From: Ministeria vibrans ATCC 50519
Lineage: Eukaryota; Protista; Filasterea
Direction: 5' to 3'
Length of the DNA: 64,000 nt
NCBI GenBank assembly: GCA_943704425.1
Contig: CALSCP010000572.1
Span: 3,766-67,765 of the forward strand
Shown here: one piece after another, positions 44,445 to 57,719 of the stretch
Layout: each line of letters begins with the position of its first letter
Numbering within the stretch: position 1 is the stretch's first letter
Notes under the pieces: model-generated
Databases searched by the model: none
The model's input: the letters and a program-made list of their open reading frames with translations, nothing else
What the model was told of the DNA's origin: nothing
Made by a program: the position numbers and the translations under genes

Positions 44445-44770
44445 TGACGTCAAAAAGCATTGCTTTCGGGAATCCAACAGCACAACAGCCTTTTGCGCCA
44501 TTCCACGACTGCCCCCAAATAGCACCACCTCATACGTTCCACCCATGGGTGCCTCGTAGAGCTGTGTGGATTCCTTATTTTGTGTCGTTGTTAAGGGTTC
44601 AAATATGTCGGTCACTTTTTCGCTTCCTCTCTCGTGCACTCCTCATTCCTCTCTGTCGCGCTCCTTCGCCTCCACCACCTCTCTCATGCACCCTATATAA
44701 ACACCCTGTGCAAGCAATCCGGCCCCCTTGCGCCCTCCATCCTCTCATCTCGCCCCACTCTGACGTGGCA
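44445..44770 (+). promoter_or_regulatory. Candidate promoter of the adhesion GPCR (CRE palindrome TGACGTCA 44445, TATATAAA 44694, TGACGTGG 44761)
   Basis: Motif matches only, in the 951-bp divergent intergenic region. Confidence 0.3.
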
Positions 44771-45019
44771 CGGCGGTTTTTCGCCTTGTGGTTAGTTTCC
44801 CTTCCCACTCCCTCCCCTACCCTTGTGCTGCCCTGTTTAGTTGCTGCCTTCTCCTCATCAAATTCCCCTTTGTCCCCGTGTTTCAACACCGTGTCTTTGT
44901 CGAATGTGTTTGTGTGTGTGTGTTGTTTTTTTTTTTTTTTTTGGAATCTTATCACTCAATGCCATTTACTTCTTTTCTGCTTTCATTTGAAGAAGTACAG
45001 GGTCACCTCTGGCAGCAAG

Positions 45020-48000
45020 ATGGTCCAGTCCAGTCGGGTTCTGTTTCTCCTGGTCGCAACCCTCGTGTTGTGCAGTGTCAGCGCTCAATCGTGTCCCGCT
45101 GGCCTCGCCTGGACGTACGACGTGCTCAGCGGGACTCCCAACATGCCCACAGACTTTGTGGCGCGCAACATGGCGTTTGACAAGTCGCGCAAGATAATGT
45201 ACATTGCGGGAGAGGTAACAAACAAACACTAAACTTCCACAAAAGCACAAAACAAACAATCATCATCATCATCATACTCACTGTGTTCCTTATTATACTC
45301 ACTGTGTTCCTTATTAGACTGTCGCTTCAAAGGCAACGGTCATCGAATGCGCCGCGCCATACTCCAACCCATGCATTGTGCACCACCTGGATGCGTATGT
45401 GGGTGTGCCCAATCGTCGGATGAGCGGTGGTCGTGTCGTCTACGACGACCTCAACGACAAGCTCATTCACGTATCGACCGACGGCGACGCCAACGACCGT
45501 CTTGTTGCCGTTATCTGTCAGGCCCCTTCGCTTCAGACAGCCTCTTGCTACATTAGGTACATCTCGTCTATGCTCTCCGAAGACGATGGCTACGAGCCAC
45601 ATCCGTTTATCGTCGACAAAAAACTCTTTGTGGTCTCCCTCGTCAACTCGCTCGGCTCGCAACGCCTCGCATTCCACACATGCAGTGGACTGGATGCCTC
45701 ATTTTGCATCCGCAAGACCATTTTTACGTGGAACTACGCCGAAAGCATTGCGGTTGCGGTCAACGCAGACACAAAATGGGTCGTCGCGACGGGCCTTATC
45801 ACCACGGCCGTGTCTACCTCTTTGTCTACCTCGCGGCGTCGTGTGTGGGGCGGCACTTCGGACGATCGTCGTCGCGCCAGCTCCACCACACAGAGTGTCG
45901 CTGCGTTTGGCTGCAATACATCACCCATCATTAGCACAACGGAGTGCAAGCAAGAGCCCCTTATCAACGCCAACGACGAACTGCTCGCTACGACCAGTGC
46001 CATCGTTGCGCGCTCCGACAACACCCTCCTCTCCGTCGCGCGCAACCACCAGAACGAACTGGAAGTGTCCGAGTGCAACACACTCCTTACCTCCTGCTCC
46101 ACCCGCACCCTTGCCACTGTGGGTCTGCTCACAGGTGCCCCGGCAGTTCTCTACGACGCCATCACCCAACGCTTGCACATCCTCACCACCCGCCTTGCCG
46201 ACCGTCACCTCCTTCACACCGAATGCGACGCACTCCCTTTCACCCTCGACTCGTGCGTCACCACTGATATGTCCCTTGGTGTCTCCTTCGACGACCCCAC
46301 CGCCACAAGCAGCAATGATGTTTCGCCGCCTCTCATCGCACATGACCCAACCGCCGACGCGCTTATATTTTCCGCCTCCGCGCAGTCCATCCCGCACCTG
46401 TGGTCCTGCGCCGATACCTCCGCGCTCGTCCCGTGCGCCTCCAGCCCCTGCCAACACCCCTCCGCTACCTGCACGAATGCCCCTCTCAACCAGTTCTCCG
46501 CACCCGGCGCCCTAGCGTTCACCTGTGCCTGCCCTTCTGGTTTTGCCGGTGCCCTCTGCGACATTGAAGTCGACGCCGCCTTTGCTGAAGTTGCTTCGAA
46601 CGACATCAGCTCGCTTGCCTCGGCCTCCGCCACGCTCGTCGAGTTGTCTGAGCTCTCCCTCACGTCTGTTTACTCCGCAGCGATGCATTCTTCCGCTGCC
46701 GCCATGCACCTGGTTGCGGCTCTTCAGCACGTCGCCGATTTCACACTCACCCTCTCGCTCAACCTCACGTCCGTGTTGGCCGAGCACATTGTCGACACGA
46801 CGCTCGTCTCCGACATTGTCAGTGAGCAGCCCTCTTCGCTTGCCGAGTCCACTCTCGCAATGACCAATGCGCTCTTGTCGAACAATGCGTCGCGCACTTG
46901 GCTCGTCGAGCAGACCAACCAAGGTCCCACTCTGGCGCGCGTCGTCGAGACATGTCTGCGCACCCTTGCGCTTAACTCTACCTGTAACGCCCCCGTGCCC
47001 ACCATGCTTTTCCACGAGGCCTTTTCGCTCAACTACAAGCGCGTCTCGTCCATGAATGCCGTCACAGGTACCTTCAGCATCAACGGCTCCTCCATCACCG
47101 TTCCCGACCGCTTTCCTTCCGAATACGTTGCGAGCACGGCGCCCGCTCTGCTCGCCGCCCCTTGCTCTATCCCTCTCGAGCTCGCCGTCTACGCCCGTTC
47201 GCCCTTCCCCGCGCGACTCGCTCTCGGTGAGTCGTCTCTGGGCACCACCGTCTTCCTCGACTCGCCCATCGTGTCCTTCACCGCCGGCGCCGGCTCTGTC
47301 TTGGGCCTTTCCGACGACGCGAGCATTGCCATTGAGCTGACGGTTGGCAGTGAGCTCGTTGTGACGAAGCAAGTCAATGGCGTTGATGTCGAACTGACAG
47401 CGGCGGAGCTTGCCGCTCGTCGCGGCTGCTTCTTCTGGTCGTACACCCTTGACGGCTGGTCGTCCAGTGGCTGTCGCAAGACCCACGAGACACGCGAGAC
47501 CGTTACCTGCCGGTGCAATCATCTGACTAACTTTGCAGTGCTCTTTCAAGGTGACGCCACCACGACAGAGTCGCACCACCAGACGAACTCCCCCTCCGCG
47601 CACGATGGCATCAACGAGTGTGCGTCTGCGCCCTGTCTCAACGGCGGAAACTGCACCGACGGCAGCGGCAGCTTCATCTGCGATTGTCCTATGGGCTACA
47701 GCGGTTTCCTGTGCGAGCAAAACATCGACGAGTGTGTTTCGAGTCCCTGCGCGCCCGAGGCCACGTGTGTCTCCAATCTCAACTCCTTTGTCTGCCTGTG
47801 TCAACCGGGCTTCACCGGCGCACTCTGCCTTGAGGACATTGACGAGTGTCTGTCACAGCCCTGTCTCAATGGTGGCTCCTGCTCCAACCATCATGGCGCC
47901 TTTGCCTGTGCCTGTCCTGACACCTTCGAGGGCTTTACTTGTGCCGAGCCTTTTGACCCTTGCCGTTCGAATCCATGCTACGACGACGCCATCTGTGTCG

Positions 48001-50966
48001 CATCACCGGGTGTCAGCGCGAACTTTGTCTGCACCTGTCCCCCCGGCTTTGTTGGCGTCCAGTGCGAGCAGAATTTCGACGAGTGTGCGTCGCAACCGTG
48101 CTTTGACGGCGCCACCTGCGTTGATGGGGTCAATTCGTTCATCTGTGTGTGTCCCAGCATGCGCTTTGGCCTTCTCTGCAACCAGCTTGTCGACCCGTGT
48201 CTCTCTCAACCCTGTCCCGCTACCCATGTGTGTCTGCCATCGCCCACCACGGTCGCTGCGCACGTGTGTGAGTGTCCCCGTGGTTTCATGGGCACCACAT
48301 GTGCCATCGAAATCGACGAGTGTGCCTCACAGCCGTGTCTCAACGGCGCCAGTTGCGTCGACGCCCTTGCTGGCTACCATTGTGCGTGTGCCGCGGGCTG
48401 GACCGGCCTCCATTGCACGCGCAACATAGACGAGTGTGCGTCGCAGCCGTGTCTCAACGGCGCCACCTGTGTCGATTTGCCCAATGGGTTTGTGTGCAAC
48501 TGTGAGCCGGGACTCGAAGGGACCGTGTGTGACCAAGTTGTTGACTCCTGCGAGTCGTCGCCCTGTCACAATGGAGGCGCCTGTTCGCTCATTGCGCCGC
48601 TGCAGTTGGTATGTGAGTGTCCCATTGGCTACGAAGGGGTCTTTTGCGAGCGTCAAACCGACTACTGTGTGTCAAATCCGTGTCAGAATGGCGCTGTGTG
48701 TGTCAGCCAGCACGCCACTGGCTCCTTTGCTTGTGTGTGTGCGTCGAGCTTTGCCGGTGATTACTGCCAAGTTGCACTGGGCTATGCGGTTTTGCTGTCC
48801 ATTGGCGCCGATCACATGGACTTGACGCAGCACCAGTACGCCGAGGCGGGCCTCGTTGCAGTGGACGTACCGGCCAACTCGCTTGCCGAGACACTTGCGC
48901 TCACTGTGGGCGTTGCCGATGACCAGTCGCCTCGCACCAACGAGCCCTTTGCGCGTCGTGCCTCAGTCGTGTTTACGCTGTCACCCGCGACGACCTTCCT
49001 CAAGCCAGTGCGCATCACGGTGCCCGTGGGCGCGCGCAGTCGCGCGTCGCGCTTCAGCGTGTTCTACCGTGCCGAGGGCGCGACGCACTGGGAGCGCGCT
49101 CTCGAGCCCAGCGAGAACCTCGATGCAGGCACTGTCACGGCGGGTCTCATGCACTTTAGCGAACTTATTGCTTACTACGAGCCGGTTGACGATGCGTTGG
49201 CAAAGGCCACGCAGGTGTTCACCTGGCTCGGCGGCGTGCTCTCGGTGCTCTGCTGTTCCGCTCTCATCGTTGTCTTCCTGCTGTTTCCTTCGCTACGCAC
49301 CATTCCCGTCAAGTTCATTATGAATCTGTGTGTCGCCCTCATTGGTGTCAATGTGCTCTTCTTGGGCGGCATTGACCGCACTGAATCGCGCGCCGGCTGC
49401 ACCACAGTAAAGCTGGCACTGTACTACTTCCTTCTCGCGACCTTTTCGTGGATGACTGCCATTGCGTTGCACCTGTACCGGTCGCTTGTGCGCGGTCACA
49501 ACATCAAAAACGAGAAGCGCATCATGCTGGGTACGACCATTGTCGCCTGGCTGGTGCCCGTCGTACCCGTCTTTGTCGTGACCATGATTGACGTGCAGAC
49601 AGACATGTCGACGACAGGCCAGTCTGTCTGTTGGTTCACCACCGGCTCTACCCCCAATGCCCTTCTGTACGCCTTCCTTATTCCCGTGGCTGTCATGCTC
49701 GCCGCCAACATGATCATGCTTATTGGTTGCTACGTTGCCCTCGCCAAGAGCCGTCTGCGTCTGCGCCGCCAGATTGGCGAGAAGAACCTTGCCGGTAGCT
49801 CACAACTGCTGCGCGCGTGTATCATTCTCGCGGCGACTGTGGGCCTGACTTGGGTTGTGGCGTACATTGCGTTGGCTGTGGACGTAAGAGAAATTACGAG
49901 AGTCAGATGTTAATTGCATGACGTAATTGAATGTTTATATATGTTGTAGGTTCGCGGATTGTGGCTGGTGTTTGCACTGTGCAATGGATTCCAGGGAGTG
50001 TGGTTGTTCATTGCGTACTGTCTGGGACGTCGAGTGCGCACCGAGATCCGCAAAGGATTCACGGAGTGGCGCACACGGCAGATGAGTACGTCGGGACTGC
50101 GCAAGGGTACGAGTGGAAGTGATGAGGGTGATGTTGATATTATGGTGCGTGGGAGCACCAAGAGCTCGGGAAAGAGCAGCAAGAAGGAAAAGAAGAAGAG
50201 AAAGAAGCGTCGTGGATCGACGACGGAAGAGATGGACGACGAGGAGATGCAGCGGAGTATCCAGTATCTGATGCAGAATGAGGAGAGCGGATCGCATTCG
50301 TCGTCAGGCATGGGCATTCTGCTGCGTGACATGACACACGGGCGTCTCACGAGTGTATGGGATCCCGAGGAGGTGTCGCGGTCGGTGCGCAACAAGACGG
50401 CCAAGTACGATGTGGAGACGGCGATGACCGACTCCATGTGGATGGCCATTGAGGATGAGATGCTGCGCGACGAGACGTACAATCAGAGTGAGGGCCTGGA
50501 CGATATGTCGCCGCGCGCCGGCCGCCTCCAGAGTAACCCGGAGTTTAGCGATGATCCCACGCGTGGTCTGCTGGGCGCGTTGTCTTCATCATCGCCGCCC
50601 TCCAGTGCGTCGCCTATAAAGCGCTTCAAGCAGTCCCGCCCCTCCCCCATTGTCACCAGCAGCTTGTCCACTTTTGACTCGGGCTGGAACATGTCGGAGG
50701 TGAGCTATTGCGACAATACGACGAACAGCAGCATGATGGCAACGCCACCCGACAGCCGCTACCAGCAGTTGGCGCAGGTCGACTCGCCTCTCCCTTCTGC
50801 CTCTCCCAAGTCTCCCCGACGCACCTCCCTCTCCCTCTTTCGCCGCACCAACACCAAATCCTCCTCCTCCAAAGCGCTTTCCAACGCCACTCCCATGCAG
50901 TCCATCCCCAGCTATCTTGTCCACAGCGACTCTTCTCCCGCCTGGACCGAGTCTCTTCAGCTCTAA
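45020..50966 (+). CDS. Adhesion-class GPCR: signal peptide, Cys-rich N-domain, EGF, GAIN/GPS, 10 EGF, ZU5-like domain, 7TM, Ser-rich tail; exons 45020-45214, 45318-49883, 49950-50966
   Basis: GPS: CFFW..WSSSGC..TVTCRCNHLTNFAVL. 7TM class B2 motifs MNLCVAL, YFLLATFSWM..ALHLY, AWLVP, CWF, AFLIPVAVMLAAN, GLTWV, NGFQGVWLFIAYCL. Confidence 0.92.
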
Positions 50967-51255
50967 CCTATTTATATTATTTGTATAATTAATAATTGTA
51001 TTCAAAGTTATTAAACGTTTTTGCAAAGACACCTCGCTTGCCAAGTTTGAAATGTATTTTCACGATGAATCGCCACGTAACTCTTTTAATGTGTAATTTC
51101 GTTGAGAGGTCACGATCGGTTTGGTAAAAAAATATTTCAATTTTAGTATACTTTTAGTGACAGTGAAAGGACAAACTTTTTCCCAGTAGAGATACAACGA
51201 AGACACACTCAGTCGTACAAAAAAAGAGAGAGTAAGTGTGTGTGTGAGTGATACA

Positions 51256-53166
51256 TCAGATTCGATCGAGTGGATCAAGACCAATGAGGGCAAGACCAGT
51301 TGCAAGGACGCGCTGGGTAGCCATGAAGAGGAGAGCACGGGCAGCGGCACGGGCACGGTCGGGCTCGTCGGCGACTCGATGCATATGGCAGGCGGCGTTG
51401 GCGGCGGATGCAGTTTCAACGAGAGCGCGGACGAGCGGGGAGGGGTCGCGGGCGGCAAGGGAGCGCTCGATGGTGATGGGAAAGGTGCTGAGTTGCCAGG
51501 TGAGACGGTGGAGGGAGGCGGTGCTCTCGTGTGGAGTAGTGCTATTGCTACTGTTGCTGTTTTTGTTATTGTTGGTGATGGTGAGTTGTTTGATAGCGTC
51601 GAGGGTAGCTGGGCAGCGAAGAAGTTCGCGTGTGCGCTCACGTACGGCGCAAGGGTCAGTGGGATCGGCGAAGATGCGGCCGTGACGGGCAATGCCGCAC
51701 AAGCGTGTGTGGGTGAACTGCAGATAGGGTCCAGTGGTGCCGGAGGGAGAGCACATGCGCGTCCAGTCAAAGGCGTACGGACGAGTGCGGCCCAGATAAA
51801 CGTCCTGGACTACCACTGCCGAGAGGCCGAGCACGTGAGCCGCATGAGACGGGTCTGTGGTACGCTGCCGTTCGCTGTCGGGTCGCTTATGGTCAATCCA
51901 CTCCCGCATAAATGTCGTTGCCTCGTCCAGTACGTCTGAGAGAAGCACCACGCGACCTGCGCGTGTGCTCATACCCGTTACTGCGCCCACATCGATGTGA
52001 TGACAGCAGTGCGCTGCCCACTCGTGTCCTGTGTCCCGTAGCAAGGCAAAGAGACGCGCAAAGTGCAGTCGCTGGTCTTTCCCGACCACATAGAGAATTT
52101 CGTCGGGTTTGTACTTTTCATAGCGGTCCACAGCGGCCGCATAATCGCGACTAAGGTAAGTAGTGGTGTTTGAGTGGGAGCGTGCGAGTAGCGCACTGCC
52201 CAGTTCGTCACCCAGGTCGGCGAAAAGGCCACCCTTGTCGTCGAAGAAGCGCAGAGTGTTTTGTGCCGGTGGTTGCTGCTGTTGTGGCGGTGACGGTGAC
52301 GCATCAATGGATTGACGCCAAAAGTGCGTGTATTGCTGTGCGGCCGTCACATAGTCGCTTTCGTAGTGGAACGCGTCGAAACGAACGCGCAAGCGAGCGT
52401 ACATGTCTTCGAGTGCCGGCAGACTGAGGGCACGCAGGTGTTTCCAGCGCGCGATGAGGGGCTCGTGGCCACGCTCCATGTCGGACAGGTAGTGGCGGGC
52501 ACGGTCGTGGATTGAGGGATCCGTTTCGGCGTGCTGGTGGACGCGTACGTACACGTCGACAAGGTGCTTGAGCAGGTCGACGGACGACATCGTCTGGGCA
52601 CTGGCATCGGCAAACAGGTCGAGCCCCACGCCCAGCATGCCGTACTGCTTCCCCCAGTCGCCCAGATAGTTGATGCTGACGGTGCGGTGGCCTGTGTACG
52701 CGTACAGTCGCTGCAGACAGGCGCCAATGTTTGTCGAGCGCAAATGACCAGCATGAAACGGTTTGGCGACATTGGGAGAGGAATAGTCCAGGAGGATGGT
52801 GCGCCCCTGGCCCAGGCTGGACGATCCGTAGCAGCGAGGAAAGGCAGAGGACGGCGAGGAGGAGGAGGAGGAGGAGGAGGAGGAGGAGACGTGTAGCGAC
52901 GACAACTGATCGACTGTTGGAATCTGATCGCACGCAACAAGTACGTCGTCGACCGTCTCGCAGAACATGGTCTCTGGAGAGGGCGTGGCGAGCCACACTC
53001 GACCCGGGACTGTGTTGGTGAGCGTGCCCAAATGCGATTGGTGCGGAAGCGCACTCTGATCAGTCCGGATCACAATGCCTTGACGTTCCGGTCGCACCTG
53101 CATCGCGTGAGCAGGCACGTCCGTCAGGGCACTTAGCGATCGGATGAGTCGCGACAAGTATGCCAT
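51256..53166 (-). CDS. RARS2: Arginyl-tRNA synthetase, mitochondrial type; intronless
   Basis: DYSSPNVAKPFHAGHLRST (HIGH region), INYLGDWGKQYG, TTYLSRD, GMSTRAG, TGPYLQFTHTRLC; transit-peptide-like N-terminus. Confidence 0.92.
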   Translation of the reverse strand: MAYLSRLIRSLSALTDVPAHAMQVRPERQGIVIRTDQSALPHQSHLGTLTNTVPGRVWLATPSPETMFCETVDDVLVACDQIPTVDQLSSLHVSSSSSSSSSSSPSSAFPRCYGSSSLGQGRTILLDYSSPNVAKPFHAGHLRSTNIGACLQRLYAYTGHRTVSINYLGDWGKQYGMLGVGLDLFADASAQTMSSVDLLKHLVDVYVRVHQHAETDPSIHDRARHYLSDMERGHEPLIARWKHLRALSLPALEDMYARLRVRFDAFHYESDYVTAAQQYTHFWRQSIDASPSPPQQQQPPAQNTLRFFDDKGGLFADLGDELGSALLARSHSNTTTYLSRDYAAAVDRYEKYKPDEILYVVGKDQRLHFARLFALLRDTGHEWAAHCCHHIDVGAVTGMSTRAGRVVLLSDVLDEATTFMREWIDHKRPDSERQRTTDPSHAAHVLGLSAVVVQDVYLGRTRPYAFDWTRMCSPSGTTGPYLQFTHTRLCGIARHGRIFADPTDPCAVRERTRELLRCPATLDAIKQLTITNNNKNSNSSNSTTPHESTASLHRLTWQLSTFPITIERSLAARDPSPLVRALVETASAANAACHMHRVADEPDRARAAARALLFMATQRVLATGLALIGLDPLDRI

Positions 53167-53462
53167 CAATATAAAGACGAAAATTTGAATAATAAGTCAT
53201 AAGAAAATAAAAATTATTAGAATCAAGAGCTGTACTCAATGTCAAAACAAAACTATAATATACAAAACAAAGAGCAGCAAAATACTTCCGCCGTAGACTT
53301 TTAGACGAGAATGTCCCGATAGAAGCCCATAGACCCATAATAATAATTATTGTTATTATAAGTAACTATTATTATTAATTTATTATTGTATTAAATTTTA
53401 TTTTATTTTGAGAGTTTACTCTGTACAATCTGTCTTTCGAAAATATAATTCTTATTGTGTTG

Positions 53463-55290
<1,828 letters not shown>

Positions 55291-55453
55291 GGACGCCAAA
55301 TATCCCCTCGCAAGCAGCAGCAGCGGTGGTCGTCGTGGTGGTCGTGATGGTGGCGCAAATAGTGTTTAGGCAAGAAAATATTCGTACAAAGTGTGAAAGT
55401 GAAATAATTTCAGTCATATTCAGTCATATTCAGTCTTACGTCTACAACATCCA

Positions 55454-56078
55454 ATGGTGATCTCTTTCCCTCTTCTGTTCCCTCCACGCTGACCCACCTC
55501 CACCCCCCTCCTGTGTGTTTGGATTGTGCTGTAGGGCCGCCACACGCAAGTGAACCCCGACAAGCAGATCCACCCGCATTCGCGCAAGGCAAGGAAGATG
55601 TCGGCCAACGCCACGCGCGACGTCCGCGTGTCCGCCAAGAAGGCCTCCCACGCCATCCATGTCGGCTCGAGACTCGTTGAGAAGATCCAGTGGTCAGTGT
55701 CGCCCCTTCCTCCCCCAAACGTCTGTAAAAAGTGTCATTTTGCGTAACCTTCGTTTTTTTTCTCTCTCTTTTTTTTGGACAGGTTTAAAGATCACTACCC
55801 GGAGAATTCGGCACTGTTGACACGCGCCGAACTTGCATCGTTGACCAGGACCTACCTTGCGCGCGAAGAGGAGTTGGGAGCAGCAAAGAAGAAGGTTTCA
55901 TTCCCTATTGCACAAAAAGACACATTGCGTCTCATTTGTCTCTATCGCTTTGTCTCTCTCTCTCTATCTATCGCTTTGTTTATCTCTCTCTATCTATCGC
56001 TTTGTTTATCTCTATCTATCACTTTCTCTCTCTGTATCACTTTGTTTATCTCTATCTATCACTTTGCTTCTTTCTCCC

Positions 56079-56165
<87 letters not shown>

Positions 56166-56416
56166 GTCTCATCTGTCTCTTTCTCTCCTTCTCTCTTTTT
56201 CAGGTGGTACACGAAGCAAAATCTACGACTGCCGAGCTGCTTTACGACATGGAACGACGGGACGAGCGCAATGAGTTTGGATCGAACCGACTGCGCGTGC
56301 CGGACCTGACGACCAAGGCGGGCGCACGCTCGTTGCACGAATGGCCCGGGACCGTGTCAACACTGCAGGCCGTGAAATTGATCGATATTGGTGTGGCCAG
56401 TGAGAAGACTGCTTGA
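55454..56416 (+). CDS. TMA16: Translation machinery-associated protein 16; the first coding exon is the ATG alone
   Basis: ATG|gt at 55454; QIHPHSRKARK; EKIQWFK; YLAREEEL; LRVPDLT..LHEWPG. Confidence 0.75.
56083..56161. repeat. (CT)n microsatellite in a TMA16 intron
   Basis: Directly visible. Confidence 0.95.
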
Positions 56417-57719
56417 CGCACTCTCATGCTCTCGGTGGCCAGGTGTCGCATTCTTTGACTTTTTGTACTACGTAATATTGTGTTCTCTTCCCAACTTACC
56501 TCAGCAGAGAAGGCAGTTTTGATTGATTGTCTTGTCTTGCTGTGGCATTGAGTACAGCACCCGATTTCTTTTCCTTCTTCAATGTTTGTTTTAATTCCTT
56601 TCTGATAATCCTCAACTGAGTACTGACCTGCCATTGTGACAACCGCTCAAGTGTAATGGCTCATGCAATGCAGTCTGGTTGTGTTTTTCGCGCTCTATTG
56701 GACTGACTGTTACAATAAGGTATGCGCGCGAGAAGTGTAGAGCAGAAGTCACAAAAACTTGCAAGTTGTATTATATTAATTTTATTAATAATTATTATGA
56801 ATTCTAGCTAGCCCGCCGCTAGGAAGGTAAAGAGTAGAAGAAGACGAAAAAATCTATGTATTAGTATTAATTAGGTGTCCACGTCGCTCCTTATCAATGT
56901 GACTGTACACCACCAAACACCCCCCCCCCCCCCCCCCCATGGCGTCCTCGTCTCTCCCACGCTTTGCTTTCATCCATGCATGTGAAGAACACGTGACTAT
57001 TACTTTATTTACTCCAGGTTCACTACCGCCCTCGGACCACCCTCCCCCTCTTCCCTCTTTCTAATCCGCCACAACGCCATTGTAAATATTGTTCCATTGA
57101 CCAGCTGGCCAGTGGGATTCATTGGGCGACCTCATGCACCGCACACCACACGCATTGCGTACACATTCGTACCCAGTACAAATGGGGGTATGGGGCTTGC
57201 GCGTCACGTTATTTCCCTTGTACTTGTGTGACTTGTGAGTTGATCTCGCCTCATTTTTGATTCATTTTTGATAAGAGAGATAAAGGAGAGTACGATTTCC
57301 TTAATCCCTTATTTTTACTTTTTTTTGTTTCGTTTCTTGATCTGTGCGCTCGGTCGTCGGGACTGTCGACTCCCAAGCATTCTCTTTAGCTGCTAAACGC
57401 CATCTCGCCCCTGTTTCTTTGCCACACGCCGTACGAATTCGCATTGTCGTTTGAATTTCGTTTGAATCGTTTGAAAATCGTTTACGACAAAAACTCATTT
57501 CATGAGCTCATATGAGACCAGAGAGCCAACGCTGCTCTCCCTACTCTCTCCTTCTGAAACCCCATGTGCTTGCCGCCACCTGCCGTTGGCGCGGCTTCCT
57601 CTCTCAGCCACCTCCTCCTTCAACCTCTTGTGTTGTTGTTGTTGTTGTTTTTTTTTAAAAAAAAGTTGTTTTTTCAGTACATCGCGACCACTCAAACATT
57701 GGCGTGGCTTTGTTTCCGG

